A stretch of 63,202 nt of DNA, counting the filler, from Octopus bimaculoides (lineage: Eukaryota), in NCBI RefSeq assembly GCF_001194135.2. It is 6 parts of 5 records of this genome, joined end to end, with 100 filler letters (N's around TTAATTAATTAA, not from the genome) between each part and the next. Parts side by side here need not be neighbours in the genome. Positions count along the whole stretch, not along the records: positions 14,127 to 27,139 come from NC_068985.1; 5 more parts are not named here. One strand, 5' to 3'. A model generated the notes under the pieces. The model saw only the letters and a list, made by a program, of their open reading frames with translations. It had not been told where the DNA came from and ran no database searches. Numbering within the stretch: the stretch's first letter is position 1; each line of letters starts with the position of its first letter. Both the position numbers and the translations under genes were made by a program. Shown here in pieces: positions 14,333 to 27,125 of this stretch.

Positions 14333-14532
14333 AGTATAACGTGTATTATGGGTATTTATAGAACACAATCCTATATAAACTTAAACAATTAAAGATGAAG
14401 AGAAAATGTTAAAAGGTTGATAACACTTAAAATGTTATCAAACTTTTAACATCTTCTCTTCTGCATCTTTAATTGTTTGTTGAATTGATACAGGACTGTG
14501 TTCTATAAATGCTCAGAATACAGCTTATACTT
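14332..14532. repeat. 201-bp foldback palindrome (about 95-bp arms, 7-nt loop)
   Basis: Left arm aagtataa...ggttgataaca and right arm tgttatcaaac...ttatactt align as reverse complements with scattered mismatches and small indels; loop cttaaaa at 14426-14432. Confidence 0.9.
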
Positions 14533-14713
14533 GTATGATTTTCATATTTTTAATAAAATACTTGCAATAGCAAGCTACAAATTTAATATGAAGAACCTTT
14601 ATTAGAAATCTAACGTTGGACCCCACCAAAGGAAAACTGTTCTGACTAAACTCTCATATATATATATATGGTGGTTGTCTACTCCTTAAACAGAGTTTGA
14701 CCACCTCCTGCAC

Positions 14714-14905
14714 CTACACCTTAGCCCTTTCATGGCGTCTGATGTGGCTTTTTAAACCAGACAGTGTTTTGAAAAAACACCCACACAGATTGCACCTCTG
14801 ATTTGCACTACCAATACCTGCAAGTAAGTTCTGCTCATTGTGGATCCTAACATGTCTTTTAAGACCCCCATTGGATTTGCAAACCCTCTGGCACACACCA
14901 CATAT
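14714..14905 (-). pseudogene. Two C2H2 zinc fingers, probably the C-terminal end of a LINE ORF
   Basis: CGVCQRVCKSNGGLKRHVRIH and CNLCGCFFKTLSGLKSHIRRH, then a stop, a short UTR and an (AT)n tail. No ATG in the frame. The inter-finger linker is not the TGEKP of host KRAB-type ZNFs. Confidence 0.7.
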
Positions 14906-15057
14906 ATATACGATGGGTTTCTCTCTGTTTCTGTCAACCAAATCCACTCAAAAGGCTTTGGTCGGTTCGAAGCTATAGCAGAAGACACCTGCCCAAAGTG
15001 CCACTCAGTGAAACTGAACCCGTAACCATGTGGTTGGGAAGCAAACTTCTTACCACC
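14900..15057 (-). mobile_element. SINE family D, 5' half
   Basis: Reverse complement of the D head (ggtaagaagtttgcttcccaaccacatggttacgggttcag). Confidence 0.85.
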
Positions 15058-15410
15058 TCCCTGTTCCGTACTCTTTTAAGAGAAAGTGATAGCTATTCCA
15101 AAACTCCACCGAATTATCTTCACGCTGAGGACTGCCACACCCGCGTTTCGTAAAATAATATTTAATAAATATCAATTAACACACATTAATTAGTCACCTA
15201 TCATTTATACCACAGACCCATTATCAACACTTCCCTCATTACCTTACCCTATCCCCAGTACATATTTTCACTACGACTTTTACCTGCGCACCTGTATAAT
15301 TATATTACCTTGTTTAATTCATCGTTAATCTGATTACATACATACACCTCCACATACACATATATATATACACACTGGACTTGTTTATCACCCGAGTCCA
15401 ATTGTTTCTT

Positions 15411-15571
15411 GTTGGCACTCCGTCGGTTTCGACGTCGAGGGTTCCAGTTGATCCGATCAACGGAACAGCCTGCTCCTGAAATTAACGTGCAAGTGGCTGA
15501 GCACTCCACAGACACGTGTACCCTTAACGTAGTTCTCTGGGATATTCAGCGTGACACAGAGTGTGACAAGG
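15411..15571 (-). mobile_element. SINE family A, 3' fragment
   Basis: Near-identical to the reverse complement of 18030-18190. Confidence 0.9.
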
Positions 15572-16065
15572 TGGTGGTGGCGGCGGCGGCGGCAGTTGTT
15601 GTTGTTGTTGTTGTTCTTGCTTCTGCCGTTGTTATGTTAAAAAAGTTAAGCCTTTATGTTAATGTGACTTCTCACGGAAGTGAATTATTAGAGTGTTTTT
15701 AATTTTCTAATTGTTGTTGTCGTAGCTGTATGCTTTTAAAGTTGTTTGTTGTGCAATGTACAATAACTGAATTGTGCAAATAATATGTTCTGAACTAATC
15801 ATGGACTTTAACCAGTCATGGATGGGACCCCAATCTCTTCACAGCAAAGGTATGTGTGTGAGACACTATTACAGTTCGTCCATTGGAACGATGACGGACT
15901 TCTAAGGATAACTGATGACTTTCGCAATGATTTTGTTTAAGGTGAAGAAAAGTTGCACACCGTCAATCTCACTCTTTTGTCCTTGACCATTTTCAGTCCA
16001 GTGGCGAGACAAAGTCAAGACGACTAGGAATGAAGAAGGATGCAGTGGACGGCCAAGATTTCTTA

Positions 16066-16296
16066 TTTCTTTATTGCCCACAAGGGGCTAAACATAGAGG
16101 GGACAAACAAGGACAGACAAAGGTATTAAGTCGATTGTATCGACCCCAGTGCGTAACTGGTACTTAATTTATCGACCCCGAAAGGATGAAAGGCAAAGTC
16201 GACCTCGGCGGAATTTGAACTCAGAACGTAACGGCTGACGAAATACAGCTAAGCATTTCGCCCGACGCGTAAACGATTCTGCCAGCTCACTGCCTT
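16066..16296 (-). mobile_element. SINE family B, subtype B2 (tail ...cttgtgggcaataaagaaat), full length
   Basis: tRNA-like head (gagttcaaattccg B box), central gcctttcatcctttcggggtcgataaattaagtacc domain, 11-bp TSD aagatttctta at 16055-16065 and 16297-16307. Confidence 0.9.
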
Positions 16297-16431
16297 AAGA
16301 TTTCTTACTTGCTTCATCTTGCTTTCAGCACTTCATAATGTGTTGCTACCATGAAAGTTTCTTCCGCAGAGTCCACCTGATCCAATCTTCTCATACATAA
16401 GTAGGCAAGCCCTAATATGCTAATTAACCCG

Positions 16432-16631
16432 AAGGCGGCGAGCTGGCAGAAACATTAGCACGCCGGGCTATCTTTACGTCCTGAGTTCAAATTCCGCCGA
16501 GGTCGACTTTGCCTTTCATCCTTTCGGAGTCGATAAATTAAGTACCAGTTGCGTACTGGGGTCGATCTAGTCGACTGAACCACCCCACACCTCGCTCAAA
16601 AATTTCAGGCTTTATGACTAGAGTAGAATGA
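16432..16631 (+). mobile_element. SINE family B, subtype B1 (tail ...aaatttcaggccttgtgcct..agtaga), internal deletion in head
   Basis: Same head and central domain as the other B copies, with a different 3' tail. Confidence 0.9.
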
Positions 16632-17562
16632 TCCAGAGTCCGGTGGTTTGGGAACCCAAATACATTGGATGATGAATCCTACCTCGTCCTTTCGTTGTCT
16701 AACTGTGTAGCAACGATTACTGGATCAGAGCTGATCTTGGTCTACCCAACAACAATCACACAATGCAGCAATTGAGAGAAATATCTTACTTCCTTTTTGT
16801 AATTTGTTTTGCAGGTCTCTTGATGTGAATTCGTGTGTTGAAACAAATCTTGTTGTGTCTTGGAAGGGTCATTATGCCAGTAGTAATAAACAAACACACA
16901 CACACATTGGTTCGATATCACTTGAGACTCAAGGCAGACCTTGGAAGAGAGAGGGCAGGTCATTGAGAAGGTCGCAATTAGCAACGAAAAGGTTTCGGCA
17001 AACAAACAAGCGATTCATTGTTTACCCAACACATTGAACAAATGATCGATTTGTTAATTGGTTAGATATTTAACCGATTGACTAACAATAAAGAAGTGAT
17101 ATAGAACCAGTGCGTGTGTTTATTATTATTGGCACAATGATCTTCCCAGGACATAATGAGAGAAATATTTTCCTTCCTATTATTCTAATTGTTTTACATT
17201 TTTGTTGTTGTATCGAACACCCCACTCCAACCTGCTCCATGTCAGTCTTGATTGAACAATCCCATAACATTCCAACTATGACTGTCCTGTATGTTTCTTT
17301 TAGGAGGAGGAGGAGGAGGAGGGGAGGAGGAGAAGAAGGAAGAAATTTACTACAATTGCATTATTTAATGTATCGTGTTCTTTTCTAAAACGGTCGGGCG
17401 TGACTTTTTCAAAAGTTTTGGCTGCTATTTCTCGCGACCACAACGAGAGAACCTCAAATCGGTTTGTTTAGAGATGGAGGTGTTGTGATTTAGCAAGTCA
17501 AGCACCTAGATAAATGTCCCACCACACACTAGTTCATTGTTGTTGTTATTACTGCTGTTGGT

Positions 17563-17780
17563 ACGACGACGAGCTGGCAGAAGCGTTAGCACGCCGGTCG
17601 AAATGCTTAGCGCTATTTTGTCTGTTTTCATGTTCTGCGTTCAAATTTCGCCGAGGTCCACTTTGCCTTTCATCCTTTCAGGGTCGATAAATAAAGTACC
17701 AGTCAAGCACAGGGGTCGATGTAATCGACTATCCCCTTCCCCCAAGTTTCCGGCCTTGTGCCTACAGTAGAAAGGTTATT
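17563..17780 (+). mobile_element. SINE family B1
   Basis: Colinear with the other B1 copies. Confidence 0.9.
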
Positions 17781-17816
17781 CCTGCTGTTGGTTTTGTTGT
17801 TCTTACTGCTGCTGCT

Positions 17817-18196
17817 TGTGGAGGCGCAATGGCCCAGTGGTTAGGGCAGCGGACTCGCGGTCATAGGATCGCGGTTTCGATTCCCAGACCGGGCGTTGTG
17901 AGTGTTTATTGAGCGAAAACACCTAAAGCTCCACGAGGCTCCGGCAGGGGATGGTGGCGAACCCTGCTGTGCTCTTTCTCTCACTCTTTCTTCCTGTTTC
18001 TGTTGTACTTGTAATTCAAAGGGTCAGCTTTGTCACACTCTGTGTCACGCTGAATCTCCCCGAGAACTACGTTAAGGGTACACGTGTGTCTGTGGAGTGC
18101 TCAGCCACTTGCACGTTAATTTCACGAGCAGGCTGTTCCGTTGATCGGATCAACTGGGACCCTCGACGTCGTAAGCGACGGAGTGCCAAGAACAAC
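17817..18196 (+). mobile_element. SINE family A, full length, tRNA(Arg)-like head
   Basis: tggcccagtggttag (A box) and ggtttcgattcc (B box); head resembles tRNA-Arg (as in the octopus OR SINEs; family identity not verified); ends gagtgccaa + (caa)n. Confidence 0.9.
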
Positions 18197-18733
18197 TGCT
18201 GCTACCGCCGCCGCCGCTTGCCATTGATGTTATTGTTGTTGCTGCAGTTCTTGTTCTTGTTGATGTTGCTGCTGCTGCTGTTGGTGTTGTTGTAGCGAAC
18301 ACCCCACCCCCAACCTCCTCCATGTCAGTCTTGATTGAACAATTCTTATAACATTCCAACTATGACAGTCCTGTATGTTTTTTGAGGAGGAGGAAGAGGA
18401 GGAGGAGATGTACTACAATTTCATTCTTGTTATTGTTGTTGTAGTTGTTGCTGCTGCTACTACTGCTGATCGTGTTGTCTGTATTGTTGGTTGTGTTTAG
18501 TGTTGTTGTTGTTGTTATTGTTAAGTTGTTTTTTGTTGTTGTCACTGCTGTTGTCGTTACCGTTGTACACTTTTAGACCAAGAGGTACGGTATGTCACCA
18601 TTCAATCAATCTATTTGTATAACCAGTTGTAATAATTACTATTGACTCTGGGTGGTTCCTTTTTCTTTTTCTTTTTGTTTGTAACTGTTCGTCTGAATGT
18701 CTGGATTTCTGGCCTTAGCTTTTTTTTCGTCTG

Positions 18734-18832
<99 letters not shown>

Positions 18833-19160
18833 TTCTGTCATTTTCTTCTTTTGTCATGTGATCTCACTTTTCCTTTTTTTAACCCATTGTTTTACTCATA
18901 GACTTATACATACATACTACATACAAATATACATACACACACACAGACACACAGACACACACACACGTGCACCCATTAATCCAGTCATTCATACATCGTA
19001 CGCACACACATGCACCCAACTATCCATTCATACATACATGCATTCATACGTTACAAACATGCGTCCGTACGTTACACATTCACACGCATACATACATACA
19101 TACATACATACATACATACATACATACACGTAAACCTACACACGCATAGACACGTATATA

Positions 19161-19376
19161 CGAAAAGGTGCTGAAAAGTTCCTGGCTTTAAAGGTGTCGC
19201 GAAAGGCCTGGCTGGAGGCCCAATCTTCCAAGTTCTTTTACAGGACTTAGAAAAACTGAAGGACCGCTGCAAAAAGTGTGCGAATCTCAGTAGGGAACAT
19301 GTTGAGTAAAATCACAATTAACTAATCCTCCAGTATTTTCTTTTACCCAAAGCCAGCAAATTTTCAGTACCCCTTG
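19161..19376 (+). mobile_element. Mariner-derived MITE (216 bp)
   Basis: TA flanks at 19159-60 and 19377-78; imperfect TIRs (gtgctgaaaagttcctggcttt / aaagccagcaaattttcagtac); encodes a mariner C-terminus LEKLKDRCKKCANLSREHVE*. A second partial copy lies at 36017-36126. Confidence 0.85.
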
Positions 19377-20336
19377 TACACATATATCGCCATTCATTCA
19401 CCATCCTTGTTACCCTAACACACACATACCCACCAACACGTCTTTTTTTCTTTTTTTTTTTCTTCCTTTCGTGACACATTTTCTCACTCACTCATTCACG
19501 CACTTTTTTTCACCCCTAGCATCACTCAAGCTTTGCCTGACCACTCTCTTTCACACCTTCTCTAACTCGCCACCACACACACACACAAACACAAGCGCCA
19601 GCGCACACGTTCACAGTATCTTCCTTGTCCTATCCGGCCCATCTTTTTACCTCCCTTTCTCTTCACTCTTTTGTCTAAATGATTTCCTTTACGTCCGCCA
19701 TTTTCTTATACCATATGTTTGTACTATTTTTTCCAAGCCATGCATTGTAACTAAACTCTCTTGAAGTGTTTTTTTTATTATTCTCCTTTTCCAATTACAC
19801 CACCTATGGATTCTCAGCATCTTTGTATCCTTAGGATCTTAATTTTTCTCTCCTTTCTGTTATATACACCTTAAACCTCTGCCACGAGTTTATCTATTGG
19901 TTACCATTTAATTTTCACTAATCAGCTGCTCTCCATAATATGGGACATTCATTCTCCTAGGACTTCGCACCAGTCGTGTACCTCTCTGGACTTTTCACCA
20001 GTATTGTATTTTTTTTATTTTATCAGTGATTCATTGCAGTACATTTTCGCCCTTTTCCCCCTTGTATTTCTCTTAATTTTCTCCCTTCTCATCTTGAACT
20101 CGCTTGTTGTTTTGTTTTGTTTTTTATTGTTTTTTTCATAGTTAACATTTTTTTCAGTTTTTTTTTTCTTATTTTCGTTTTTCCCCTATATTTCTCCCTT
20201 CCGTTTATACGTTTTACGTTCACCTCTATAGCATTCCTCTTGCCTCTCTATATGTCTCGCAGAACTCCAAAAAAAAATGTTTCTTGCACCAACGTTGTAT
20301 TGTACCCTCTTGCTGCTTTCCTTTTCATACTTTCTT

Positions 20337-20566
20337 ATTTCCTTATTGCCCACAGGGGGCTAAACATAGAGGGGACAAACAAGAACAGACAAACGGATTA
20401 AGTCGATTACATCGACCCCAGTGCGTAACTGGTACTTATTTAATCGACCCCGAAAGGATGAAAGGCAAAGTCGACCTCGGCGGAATTTGAACTCAGGACG
20501 TAAAGACAGACGAAATACTGTTAAGCATTTCGCCCGGCGTGCTAACGTTTCTACCAGCTCGTCGCC
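20337..20566 (-). mobile_element. SINE family B2, full length, young
   Basis: 15-bp TSD ttttcatactttctt at 20322-20336 and 20567-20581; close to 16066-16296. Confidence 0.92.
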
Positions 20567-20921
20567 TTTTCATACTTTCTTCCACATTAAAGCACTTCAC
20601 ACCTATACACCTCACACATTTTATCTTCTACATATTTCTCCCGTCTTTCCTTTTACTTCGCCCTTACACCCGCTTCTTCCTCTTTTCTGTCCCGATTTCC
20701 CCCCACACACGTCAACACCTTGCAGCACCCTATTGTTTTTGTATACTTCTGTACGCACACACAAATACACACCACAAAACCACACACGCGGCACCCCTCT
20801 TATGTTTATCCTAAAACACGAATACAATCCTATATATGCATACAAACACCCGCCTATTTCTCCCTTTTTAACTCCCTCAAAGAACCGAACTCCCATCTGT
20901 CTTCTAACTTCTCACCCTTTT

Positions 20922-20981
<60 letters not shown>

Positions 20982-20999
20982 CACTCCTTCTTTATTATT

Positions 21000-21150
21000 C
21001 TGTACTTTTCTGTTGAAGAACCACCGTCCGAGTGGTTAGGAATCTTTCCCTTTCCTTTAAGCTTTAAACTAGTTTCAAATTCGTTGAGGGACCAACGTCC
21101 GAAGCGTTAAGATCTTTCTATTCCTTTTAAGCGTTGGTCCTGTTGGAAAA
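21000..21150 (+). mobile_element. Degraded Penelope-type terminal repeat with two hammerhead-like relics
   Basis: ttttCTGTTGAa + hairpin aaccac/gtggtt at 21010; cgttga-g-GGAC-caac-GTCC-GAAGC-GTT at 21082-21108; followed by ttctattccttttaagcgtt, resembling 61304-61325. Confidence 0.45.
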
Positions 21151-21780
21151 AAAATTGTCATTGTTGTTTTCTCTTTTTTTCTTTTCATTTTAGTTCGCTG
21201 CTTTCCTAGTACATACATGCATACGTTCGTACTATAATATAATCATATATATATACACATACATTATAGCGATATGACTACTATTCCATGACGTTTCATG
21301 CTAAATTGCTAAATAGAGCATTACTGAAAAGGATTTGATTCACATGAAGTGTTCTGGCTTATGGGGAAAAGTAGTCATGTTAGCTTCCTTTTTACAATAA
21401 ATATAATTACTCTTCGCAACCTATTTAATAATATCTTTGATCACCACTTACAAATCATATATATATATTTGTGTGTGCGTGTGTGTGTGCGCGCGCCTGC
21501 ACGTGTGTGTATGGGGTATATAAGCGTTGGGCAGACAAGGGTATGTAATTAAGGAGTCTGTTTCAAAACTGTAGTTTCGAGTTCGGTCCAAAAGCATGGC
21601 ATCTTGAGCAGGTGTCTTCAATGCAATCCAATGCCTGTTCAGTAAATATGCTAGATGGGCGTTATTCAGAAGCCTTTCATATACATACATATATACATAC
21701 GTATGTATGCATATAAGCCCTCCCACCCCATATATATATTATATTCTCTATATCTCTCTCTCTCCCTCTCCTCTCGCTCT

Positions 21781-21874
<94 letters not shown>

Positions 21875-22224
21875 ACTTTCCAAATTATCGTCGTCACCTC
21901 CCTGGCTTTCTGAGAACTGACGAAATAATAAGGAAGTCTCCACTCAGATGCTTCACTCGGCCTCATGAAAGTAGGAGACAGATCATTTTCAAACTTCAAC
22001 CCTGCTTCAGGAGGAGTGTGTGGTATGACTGGAGTTACACATCTGTGGGTCAAACATAACACTCATCCAATTGACAACACATATGTTGGTAACGGACACT
22101 AGATGCTCTGAACCACTCTATCGCGGCATGTCCGTGTGCCGCGAATGACCCGCGCTTGCGCTGCGAGTTCTGTGAGACTCGTCGGTAAACGCTTGTCTGT
22201 TTCTATTTACTGTTTTCGGACATA

Positions 22225-22435
22225 TTTTTTTTGTCATTTGCTTATTTCAGTCATTGGATTGCGACCATGCTGGAGCATCACCTTGAAGGGTTTAGTCTAA
22301 CAAATCGACCCCATTATTTATGGCTGGTACTTATTCCTATCGGCCTCGTTTGCCGAACCGCTAGCGCGCGGGGACGTAAACCAACCAACACCGGTTGTTA
22401 AGCAATAGCGGGGAACAGACACGCGCACATACGCT
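22225..22435 (-). mobile_element. SINE family D, 3' half
   Basis: Colinear with 7305-7500 and 42680-42870. Confidence 0.8.
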
Positions 22436-22439
22436 CAAA

Positions 22440-22676
22440 TACATACATACATACATACATACATACACACACATACATACATACATACATACACACACAC
22501 ATACATACATACATACATACATACATACATGCATGCATACATACATACATACATACATACATACATACATACATACATACACACATACATACATACATAC
22601 ATACATACACACATACATACATACATGCATACATACATACACACATACACACACTCATACATACATACACACACAC

Positions 22677-22709
<33 letters not shown>

Positions 22710-22953
22710 TACATACATACATACATACATACATANNNNNNNNNNACACACACATACATACATACATACATACACACACACATACATACATACATACATA
22801 CATACATACATGCATGCATACATACATACATACATACATACATACATACATACATACACACATACATACATACATACATACATACACACATACATACATA
22901 CATGCATACATACATACACACATACACACACTCATACATACATACACACACAC

Positions 22954-22986
<33 letters not shown>

Positions 22987-23070
22987 TACATACATACATA
23001 CATACATACATACATACATACATACATACATACATACACAGAGACTGGCAGATAGATAGACAGACAGACA
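22440..23070. repeat. (ATAC)n/(AC)n microsatellite, about 600 bp
   Basis: Directly visible; it extends from the internal microsatellite position of the adjacent D SINE. Confidence 0.95.
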
Positions 23071-23589
23071 GACGTACAGAAAAAGAGAAAGAGAAGATGG
23101 AGGTTTTGACGCAGCTGTCCGTACTTATCCTCTTTTCTCTCTGATTTTCAAAGAGATATTCACATCAGCAGGACAGCTGACCTCTATGACGACGATATAT
23201 AATTTTTCCTGTCTGACCCAAACAACAATATCCGGCTTGTTATGTTTATAGTTGACAGATGTTTTGATGGGAATGTTCTACCAGTATTGCTTGTGCTGAT
23301 GTTTGTTTACGTATTCCATAATAGGGAAGTCTTTACATTCATTCCAGGATAGCCCCCACCCACCCATCCACCTCGAATGGCATTTATATATTGTTTTTTG
23401 CGACATCTTGTCATATAGGGAGCTAGTGCCTTGATGACATTTTTGGGTTGCTGCTAATCACATGTGATATCTTTCACAGAAATATAATATAATCTGCATT
23501 TTTGATTATATCCTGGAGCTCCAAGGACTTCGCTGTCTCATTTGTTTATTAAAGAAAGAAATCTAGTAATACATATATCTAAAACAAAA

Positions 23590-23716
23590 TTTTTTTCAAG
23601 GACCCTTTAAATACTATTGTGGATATCCAACTTACTATTTTGTTGCATGGACCCTTCCCCCGCCCCTATCTTATATGGATCCTCAGAGGCCACATGGACC
23701 CGGTTGAGAACCACTG
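23590..23716 (-). mobile_element. hAT-type MITE end (cagtggttctcaacc)
   Basis: Terminal motif ggttgagaaccactg at 23702-23716; related (a/c)atggttctcaa ends at about 7240 and 26862 on +. Confidence 0.55.
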
Positions 23717-23879
23717 GTCTATAGCGTGGATTTCCTATACAGACCAGTCAAATATCCCAAATGTTCGAATCAGCAGTGGTACTGCAAATGTCTTTCTTGT
23801 ATGAGGAGAATTCCGACTGCCATATCTTTCATATGTATGCATGCATGCATGTATGTGTGCGTAAGTGTGTGTGTAAGTA

Positions 23880-24040
23880 TTTATACGACGGACTTCTTTC
23901 AATTTCCGTCTATGAATCCACTCACAATGCTTTGGTTGGCCCAGGGCTATAGAAAAAAGACACTTGCTCAAGATGCCAACAGTGGAACTGATCCCAAGTA
24001 CAAATGGCTGGGAAGCATGCTTCTGAACCACACAGCACAC
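23880..24040 (-). mobile_element. SINE family D, 5' half (diverged)
   Basis: tatacgacggacttctttcaatttccgtc...ccactcacaa matches the D reverse complement. Confidence 0.75.
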
Positions 24041-25048
24041 CTGCAGCTATGAATGTGGCTGGACCACACAATAATACACTCCGAGAGATAGTGTCACAGT
24101 TAATGTCATCTCAGTTTATTTAGCTATTACAAGGCTTAAGTCATCCCGTGGTCCATGACAGATAATGTTTGCTTTAGGCGTTGAGTAGTGAAATCAAGCC
24201 CGGGGCCTCGTGACTGAGAAGGGAATAATTATAGTCATTTGACCCCGCCGTCGCCACCACCACCACCTCATCGTGCCTACCTACTCACACACACACACAT
24301 ACACACACACACACACACACATACACACACACACATGCTCAGCCAAGCTGGTCTGAAATCTAGTGTCAGTCAATCAATGACACTATTATGACATTGTACA
24401 ATAAATCATTGTTTGTCGTCATCTCAGTTTTTAATTTCATTCCTATTAATAGCTCGTCGGTCGGAACACCTCCTACATATCCGTCAAACACACACACACA
24501 CACAGCACCGCCACCGTCACCCGCCACCACATCACACTCGTTCTTTCAGATAAAGAAAGGTGGCATGGAAAGCGATAACCTGTCATAATAGACGGGTTGA
24601 AAGGAAATAAAAACACGTGTGAATTAGGAGAGACAGATCTCCCAAGAAAAATAATTTTATTTTCATCTACAAATAAATAAGGATTCTACGTACCTGGACT
24701 TCTTTCTCGTTTGCATTTAATTTGAAGTCGTTTAAGAAATATTTAAAATAAATCGATAATTTTAAATAGGAATTTCTTTCCTTCTCATTTTAAGCAAACA
24801 TGTCCAAATAAGCTTTATTCTATTTCCAGTCATGTACATGTGTATATATGTATAATATGCTATGTAATAGAACAGATTTGGTATTTACGTAACTACAATA
24901 TCTGCTCAGCATGTGGTGTCTACAAGTTGTGTATCATTTCACTATCAGCTCTATGTAATTATACATAGCTATTTTCTGGCGTCTTACATGCTGATATGCC
25001 TCGATTCTTAATGAATTCTTATAATTGAATGAGATACACACATACACA

Positions 25049-25108
<60 letters not shown>

Positions 25109-25255
25109 CATATACGTCTGTGTGTGTGTATTATGTTTAAACTTTATCTTATGTGAGCATTATAAATATTCGTTTCTACGAGTGTTTTAGTGTATACATA
25201 TGAATGTACGTCCGAGGGCACGGTTATGGCAGCGCCTATGTGTGTGGTGTTTGTA

Positions 25256-25483
25256 TTGGGTTGTCCGGAAAGTTCGTGCCGATTTATAGTAGCTTACCTT
25301 TCGACTTATTTGCCATGAAACCACCTCAATTCTTGGAAGAGGGTATTTTCAAGTTAAAGGAAAGATGGAGATGCATTGTGCAATAAAATGGTTTATATTT
25401 GGTTGATTAAAAAGGTAATGGCAAGTATTTATTGACCTTTTTCTTTCCTTTAAAAATCGGCATGAACTTTCCGGACGACCCAA
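25256..25483 (+). mobile_element. Mariner-derived MITE (228 bp)
   Basis: TA flanks at 25254-55 and 25484-85; near-perfect TIRs ttgggttgtccggaaagttcgtgccgattt / aaatcggcatgaactttccggacgacccaa; internal FLEEGIFKLKERWRCIVQ is a mariner C-terminus. Confidence 0.9.
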
Positions 25484-25684
25484 TATAAATGTGTATCTAT
25501 CAGTAAAAATATTAATGAATGTCTGTATATCTATGGTAGTAGGTGTATCCGTCAGTATATGTATTTGTATGTGAGTGTACATCTGTTTTCATACATCTGT
25601 CTGTATCTGTCTCTAATTGTGTGCTAACATGTGTGTGTATGTGTGGTTTTGTGTGTGTGTGCGTGCGCGCATGCTTGTGTGTGC

Positions 25685-26060
25685 GGTTGGTTGGTTGGTT
25701 GGTTGGCACGATGTCGAGGGTTCCAGTTGATCCGATCAACGGAACTGCCTGCTCGTGAAATTAACGTGCAAGTGGCTGAGCACTCCACAGACACGTGTAC
25801 CCTTAACGTAATTCTCGGGGATATTCAGCGTGACACAGTGTGACAAGGCTGACCCTTTGAATTACAAGCACAACAGAAACAGGAAGTAAGAGTGAGAGAA
25901 AGTTGTGGTGAAAGAGTACAGCAGGGTTCGCCACCATCCCCTGCCGGAGCCTCGTAGAGCTTTAGGTGTTTTCGCTCAATAAACACTCACAACGCCCAGT
26001 CAAGGCGATCCTACGACCGCGAATCCGCTGCCCTAACCACTGGGCCATTGCGCCTCCACC
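25685..26060 (-). mobile_element. SINE family A, near full length
   Basis: Reverse complement of 17817-18196 with small deletions; possible TSD tgtgtgtgc at 25676-25684 and 26061-26069. Confidence 0.9.
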
Positions 26061-26979
26061 TGTGTGTGCATGTAGAGTAAGAAAAGGTAGTGGATAATTT
26101 TTCTTATGAATAAATATTATAGGATAAGGTGAGGTAATTTACCTAAGTATAAGTACATGATTTATGGGTAATATCCTATTTGACGTACGTAAAATCATGG
26201 TGACCCAAAAACTTTATTTCAATAAAACATTTCATAATTATAAGTGGTATATACTACGAACAACCAGTAAAAATTGGGCAGAAATGTTAATCCTTATTTT
26301 GAATAGTTTCGCCCTTGGCACATGGGAGAATTCTTCAGCAACACACGATGAGCACGCAGAGCAATACAAGTCACTGAATCTAACAAAGATCGAGCGTTTC
26401 ATTGGTTGCCTACTGATCTGTAAGTATTTCGTTAGGATTCACTATAAAACGAAGAGCAGCGAGGCGTCCACGAGACACCCGAATCGTGTTGAAATGAAAT
26501 TAAAACTAAAGCAAATTCGATTTTACGAACGTCAAATAGAAAATTACCGATTTATCTATATACACAAATAAACACACATACACACAAACATATTCATAGA
26601 TACGTGTACTAACACAGACGCCAACCGCATAGACACATGCTCACACAAGTACTCATAGGTACACACATATAAGCCAACGTGGATTTCACTTCACATAGCT
26701 ATAACTTTGGTCTGTCATTAACCTTAAGTCTCATAACGCCAGAGTCTAACTCGGTTTCCATGGTGACTGAGATTTCAAGAGTCCTTGAATGGACGTCAGT
26801 CTGTCGCAGGGTTAACTTGCGATCTGTTGCTAGAACTCAATTATAGCTGAATGTACTTGAGTAATGGTTCTCAAGCGCTGTCAATATGGCACTTATGGGC
26901 CCATATAAGAGTTTGCAGTTAAAGTCTATGTGTGGCAAACTGGTTTTACTTTTACAATACACAAGATATTATTTTTTTA

Positions 26980-27125
26980 TACAACTGCTTCCCAAGCACG
27001 TGGTTCCGGGTTCAGTCTCACTGCGTGATACCTTGGGCAAGAGTCTTCTACTATAGCCTCGCGTCGACCAAGGCCTCAGGAGTGGATTTGGTAGTCGGAA
27101 ACTGAAAGAAGCTCGTCGTATATAT
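26980..27125 (+). mobile_element. SINE family D, 5' half
   Basis: D head through gaaagaagctcgtcgta + (AT)n, ending at a scaffold join. Confidence 0.85.

Noticed and set aside
17817-17895. tRNA-like sequences at SINE A, B and D heads
   Set aside because: They continue into SINE bodies and lack a complete cloverleaf; not called as tRNA genes.
21870-22200. Non-repetitive CpG-rich stretch as a coding exon or mariner piece
   Set aside because: No frame gave a recognisable motif; splice signals are weak.
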